From NCBI GenBank assembly GCA_963664305.2, contig CAXXLV010000002.1, positions 448,001-512,000 on the forward strand: DNA of 64,000 bases, read 5' to 3'. This DNA is from an uncultured Aliarcobacter sp. Lineage in GTDB: Bacteria > Campylobacterota > Campylobacteria > Campylobacterales > Arcobacteraceae. Below the pieces are notes generated by a model, which was not told where the DNA came from, ran no database searches, and saw only the letters and a list, made by a program, of their open reading frames with translations. Each line of letters begins with the position of its first letter. Within the stretch, counting starts at the first letter, position 1. Shown here in pieces: positions 59,819-64,000 of the stretch. A program made the position numbers and the translations under genes.

Positions 59819-60637
59819 ATGGATTATTTTAAAACACTTGAAGAAATTTTATTTACAAGTGAGCCTAAAAATAAAATTGAAAAATTTAGAAATTTTTATG
59901 ATAATTTTTTAAATGGTAATTTTTATTTTAACGATTCTTATGAACCTTATAAATTTGATAAACCATCTTATTCGACTTTTTTAGAAATTGTAAAACCAAC
60001 AGCTTTACCTCCAATAAAAAATTTTAAAACTATTGAAGGGAAAAAATATTTAGTACATACAATTTTACATATTGAGTATTCAGCGATTGATTTAGCATTA
60101 GATGCAGCTTTAAGATATAAAGATTTACCAATAGAATATTATAAAGATTGGTTAGAAGTAGCTGATGATGAAATAAGACATTTTTTAATGCTTGAAGAAT
60201 TACTAACTGAACTTGGAGGAGTTTATGGAGAGTTTCCAGTTCATAAAAATCTTTTTGAAGCGATGGAACAAACTCCTGAATTTTTAAGAAGAATGGCAGC
60301 AGTTCCTAGATATCTTGAAGCAAATGGACTTGACCAAAATCCAAAAATTATGGAAAAATTAAATTCAAATAGAGATGAATTTAATATAAAGTTTATAGAA
60401 GCATTAAGAGTTATTTTAGAAGAAGAAGTAAGTCATGTTAAAAAAGGTGATATTTGGTTTAAATATGAGTGTGAAAGATTAAATCTAGAACCAGAAAAAA
60501 CATATCTACAGATAATTGAAGAGGTTTTCCCAGGCTCAACTACTAGAAAAATGGATTTAAATTTTGATGCAAGAAAAGAGGCTGGATTTTCTTGTTCAGA
60601 ATTAAAATATTTATCTAAAAAAGAGGATTGTAACTGA
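59819..60637 (+). CDS. Ferritin-like DUF455 family protein
   Basis: HTILHIEYSAIDLALDA, DEIRHF, VPRYLEANGLD, EEVSHVKKG..WF, ARKEAGF; start at MDYF after GAGG. Confidence 0.88.
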   Translation: MDYFKTLEEILFTSEPKNKIEKFRNFYDNFLNGNFYFNDSYEPYKFDKPSYSTFLEIVKPTALPPIKNFKTIEGKKYLVHTILHIEYSAIDLALDAALRYKDLPIEYYKDWLEVADDEIRHFLMLEELLTELGGVYGEFPVHKNLFEAMEQTPEFLRRMAAVPRYLEANGLDQNPKIMEKLNSNRDEFNIKFIEALRVILEEEVSHVKKGDIWFKYECERLNLEPEKTYLQIIEEVFPGSTTRKMDLNFDARKEAGFSCSELKYLSKKEDCN

Positions 60638-61296
60638 TGATAAATTCAAATTATGATATTTTGCTTTCAACTATCCAAAAATCAGATGCAGCAATAAAAC
60701 AAGAAGTTGATAGGTTTTTAAATAAATTAGTTGATGTTAGAAATGAAGATAAAACTTCTAGAACAAATGCTTTAACATATGAGAATATAAAAGGTATAAG
60801 TTTAGAAGAGATAGAAACTTTATTTGTTAGTGAAGATGATAAAAATATGGCAAAAAATCTAAGACTTGCAACTCTATTTTCAAGTGATGAAAATTTGTCA
60901 AAAGCTTTATTTAACACAGTTTTAGGAAAACCTTTTAATTTGGGATACTCTTATTTGACTGATAGATACAATGACAAAAATATATTTTTAAATTCAAATA
61001 GTAGTAGTTTATTTGATATGTTAGATTCTTCAATTAGAAGTAAAATAAATAATTCTCAAACAAATTCAACTGATGTAATATCTCAAGATAAATTAGATGA
61101 GATATTAACAAAAGTAAACTCTTTTAATTTTTTGAGTGCTTTATCAAATAATTCAAAAAGAGGTTATGATAAGTATAAAGATGAAAAAAGTGATTATTCA
61201 TTTTTATACAATGATTATTATTTACAATACCAAGAACTTATTTCTAAATATCAAGATTTAGAAAATTTCAATAAAAATTTAATAAAACAGTTTTAA
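60637..61296 (+). CDS. Hypothetical protein
   Basis: 219-aa ORF whose start overlaps the DUF455 stop (TGATG); no recognisable motif. Confidence 0.7.
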   Translation: MINSNYDILLSTIQKSDAAIKQEVDRFLNKLVDVRNEDKTSRTNALTYENIKGISLEEIETLFVSEDDKNMAKNLRLATLFSSDENLSKALFNTVLGKPFNLGYSYLTDRYNDKNIFLNSNSSSLFDMLDSSIRSKINNSQTNSTDVISQDKLDEILTKVNSFNFLSALSNNSKRGYDKYKDEKSDYSFLYNDYYLQYQELISKYQDLENFNKNLIKQF

Positions 61297-61886
61297 AAAA
61301 TATTTATAAATAGATGTAATTTTAAATTGTCATTTTCATTAGTTAATTTTAATTTTGAACTAATTCTATGTCTTGATAATTCACCTTCTATTGTTTGTAG
61401 AATATGCCAAAATTTTTCGTTGAAAGGCATTTCAAGTTTTTTTATTTTGTGTTTTATTATCAATTCAACAATAGTTTGAATACAATGAAAATAGAAGATT
61501 TTATTTTTTGCTCTTTGAATTTTATAGTTTTTCATTAATTTTAGATTTGAAATATATGCATGTTTTTCAATATCTAATAGAGTAGTTCTATCTGCTATTT
61601 CTTTTTCTTCATTATCTAAGTGTATTAAATAAGAAGAAATTTCTCTATTCATAGTATTTTCTAAATTAGGATGAAATTTTAAAAGAATATCTAAAACTTC
61701 ATTTGATGATAAATTTTTATGATTTATTTGATTTGAATAAACTTTTTTCTCTTCGTAAGGGTGATTTATCGAATTTAAGATATCAATAGCAAAAGTTAAA
61801 TATACAAATTTATCCTCTTTACCATCTTTAAAAAAAATACCTTTTTCGTCTATAATTGGTTTTGGTCCTGCATATTCAACTTTCAT
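61293..61886 (-). CDS. Hypothetical protein
   Basis: 197-aa ORF with AAGGA RBS, 14 nt downstream of trpB. Confidence 0.75.
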   Translation of the reverse strand: MKVEYAGPKPIIDEKGIFFKDGKEDKFVYLTFAIDILNSINHPYEEKKVYSNQINHKNLSSNEVLDILLKFHPNLENTMNREISSYLIHLDNEEKEIADRTTLLDIEKHAYISNLKLMKNYKIQRAKNKIFYFHCIQTIVELIIKHKIKKLEMPFNEKFWHILQTIEGELSRHRISSKLKLTNENDNLKLHLFINIF

Positions 61887-61900
61887 TATTTTTCCTTAAT

Positions 61901-63118
61901 TTAAAATTTTGAATTTGGAATAGGGTAGTTATTGATAACAAAGTCAATGTCTTTATCACCTCTACCACTAAGACTTACTAAAATAGTTTTGTCTTTATCT
62001 AAAGTTTTTGCTAATTTCATAGCGAAACCAACAGCATGAGCTGACTCAAGAGCTGGAATAATTCCCTCTAGTTGAGATAATTTATAAAATGCATCAACAG
62101 CTTCATTATCATCGCAAAGACCAACTTTACTTCTTCCAGATTCTTTTAAATAAGCATGTTCAGGACCAACAGATGGATAATCAATTCCACTTCCAATAGA
62201 GTAAACAGGAGCTGGATTTCCATCTTTATCTTTTAGCATAATAGAATTAAACCCATGCATAATTCCTTCTTCACCATAAGTTAAACTTGCACTATGTTCA
62301 CCAATTTTATCACCTTTTCCCATTGGTTCAACACCATAAAGTTCTACTTCTTTATCATCAATAAAACCAGAGAATAATCCCATAGCATTACTTCCACCAC
62401 CAACACAAGCAGCAACTGCATCAGGAAGTTTTCCTTCATGTTCTAAAAATTGCTCACGTGCTTCAAATCCAATTACACTTTGGAAATCTCTTACCATCAT
62501 AGGAAATGGATGTGGACCAACAACAGAACCAATACAATAAATAGAATTTTCTGTATCTGCTAAATATGCTTCAAAAGCTGAATCAACAGCTTCTTTTAAA
62601 GTTTTTAATCCGTGAGTTGCTGGAACAACTTTTGCTCCTAGAATTTTCATCCTAACTACATTTGGATGTTCTTTTGCAATATCAACTTCACCCATATGAA
62701 TTTCACACTCTAATCCAAAGTAAGCAGCAGCAGTTGCTAATGCAACTCCATGTTGACCAGCACCTGTTTCAGCAATTACTTTTTTCTTCCCTAAATGTTT
62801 AGCTAAGATAACTTCTGCCATACAGTGATTTAATTTATGAGCACCAGTGTGATTTAAATCTTCTCTTTTTAGATAAATTTTTGCTCCACCACAAAAGTTT
62901 GTAAGATTTTTTGCAAAAGATACAGGAGTAGGTCTTCCTTGGTAGTGTTTTCTTACATATTTTAATTCTTCTATAAATTTAGGAGAATTTTTTAATTCTG
63001 CATAAGCTTTTGTAATTTCTGCAAATGGTTTTTCAAGACTTGGAGGAATAAATGAACCCCCAAATTTACCAAAAAATCCATTACTATCTGGCATACTTTC
63101 TAAATATGATTTATTCAT
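61901..63118 (-). CDS. trpB: Tryptophan synthase beta subunit
   Basis: [15 protein letters not shown] (PLP Lys), [47 protein letters not shown]. Confidence 0.97.
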   Translation of the reverse strand: MNKSYLESMPDSNGFFGKFGGSFIPPSLEKPFAEITKAYAELKNSPKFIEELKYVRKHYQGRPTPVSFAKNLTNFCGGAKIYLKREDLNHTGAHKLNHCMAEVILAKHLGKKKVIAETGAGQHGVALATAAAYFGLECEIHMGEVDIAKEHPNVVRMKILGAKVVPATHGLKTLKEAVDSAFEAYLADTENSIYCIGSVVGPHPFPMMVRDFQSVIGFEAREQFLEHEGKLPDAVAACVGGGSNAMGLFSGFIDDKEVELYGVEPMGKGDKIGEHSASLTYGEEGIMHGFNSIMLKDKDGNPAPVYSIGSGIDYPSVGPEHAYLKESGRSKVGLCDDNEAVDAFYKLSQLEGIIPALESAHAVGFAMKLAKTLDKDKTILVSLSGRGDKDIDFVINNYPIPNSKF

Positions 63119-63150
63119 TTATTTCCCTTTTAATATATCAATTTATTTTT

Positions 63151-64000
63151 TTATGAAAACCATTTTTTTACTTTATCAAACATTGATTCAAATGTTGATT
63201 CGTGGGGTTTACTCTCTATTCCAAAACTATCTTGTAATTTTTCTAAAAGTTCTTTTTGTTCATTGTTTAAACTTTTTGGATATTCGATTTTTATTTGAAT
63301 AATTAAATCACCTTTTCCATAACCTTGAACAGATTTTACACCTTCACCTTTAAATGTAAATTGTTGTTTATCTTTTGCACCTTTTGGAATTTCAAGTTCT
63401 AGTTCACCTCTTAAACTTGGAACTTTGATTTTCCCTCCAAGAGCAACTTGTGTGAAGAAAATAGGGGCTTCAAAGTAAATATCATCATCATGTCTTACAA
63501 AATGAGAATCTTCTTTTACTTTTACTTGTAAATATAAATCTCCTCTTGAGCCGTCAGGTGCGATATTTCCTTTATTTGAAACTCTAATTCTCATTCCATC
63601 ATTTACACCTTCAGGAATATCCACTTTAAAGTTATCTTTTATCTCTTCATAACCAGTTCCACCGCATGATTTACAAGAATCTGATGCTGCTTGACCAGTT
63701 CCTCCACATCTAGGACAAGTTTGTGCAAACGTCATAAAACCTTGTCTTGAATGAACTTGACCATGTCCATTACAAGTAGAACAAGTAGCCATTTTTCCAT
63801 CTTTTGCCCCTGTTCCAGAACAAGGTTTACAAGCTGTTTTGTATTTATAATTTATCTCTTTTTTACATCCAAAAACAGCTTCATTGAATTCTAATTTAAC
63901 TTCAATAGTAACATCTAAGTTATAGTTATATGATTTTTTTTGTCTTCTTCCTCTTGAACTTGAACCAAATCCAAACATCTCTTCAAAAACTGAACTTAAA
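63151..64000 (-). CDS. dnaJ: Chaperone DnaJ, C-terminal part (runs off the window end)
   Basis: Four CxxCxGxG zinc-finger repeats, IPEGVNDG, GDLY, GKGDL; J-domain lies beyond the window. Confidence 0.95.
   Translation of the reverse strand, partial: LSSVFEEMFGFGSSSRGRRQKKSYNYNLDVTIEVKLEFNEAVFGCKKEINYKYKTACKPCSGTGAKDGKMATCSTCNGHGQVHSRQGFMTFAQTCPRCGGTGQAASDSCKSCGGTGYEEIKDNFKVDIPEGVNDGMRIRVSNKGNIAPDGSRGDLYLQVKVKEDSHFVRHDDDIYFEAPIFFTQVALGGKIKVPSLRGELELEIPKGAKDKQQFTFKGEGVKSVQGYGKGDLIIQIKIEYPKSLNNEQKELLEKLQDSFGIESKPHESTFESMFDKVKKWFS

Overview
A very AT-rich bacterial chromosomal window. Gene content and protein style point to Campylobacterota, most likely Arcobacteraceae (inferred, not searched). 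It holds about 50 CDSs. I saw no rRNA, tRNA, CRISPR array, transposase, integrase or prophage. Housekeeping genes are ligA, a fused ccsBA, cmoB, a solitary trpB, partial dnaJ, an ABC-F ATPase and a PepD-like peptidase. Signalling genes are dense: two GGEEF diguanylate cyclases, one HD-GYP protein, five histidine kinases, three OmpR-type regulators, one MCP, a truncated pseudo-CheA and two degenerate GGDEF paralogs. Redox and detoxification clusters are HxlR with mdaB-ygiN-OYE-DMT-nitroreductase, and AraC with iorAB-xdhC-mocA-AKR. The best candidate for an undescribed system is a three-gene minus-strand operon at 7653-10882. It encodes a TusA-like/ferritin-like di-iron enzyme, an acyl-CoA-dehydrogenase-fold flavoprotein lacking the catalytic Glu, and a PhnD-fold binding protein with no signal peptide. 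The operon has a structured 5' leader whose hairpin overlaps the Shine-Dalgarno and lies tail-to-tail with a LysR/YeiH pair. Two small ORFs missing from the ORF track (an MCP remnant and a 55-aa lipoprotein) and a recurring 11-bp-phased promoter architecture were also found.
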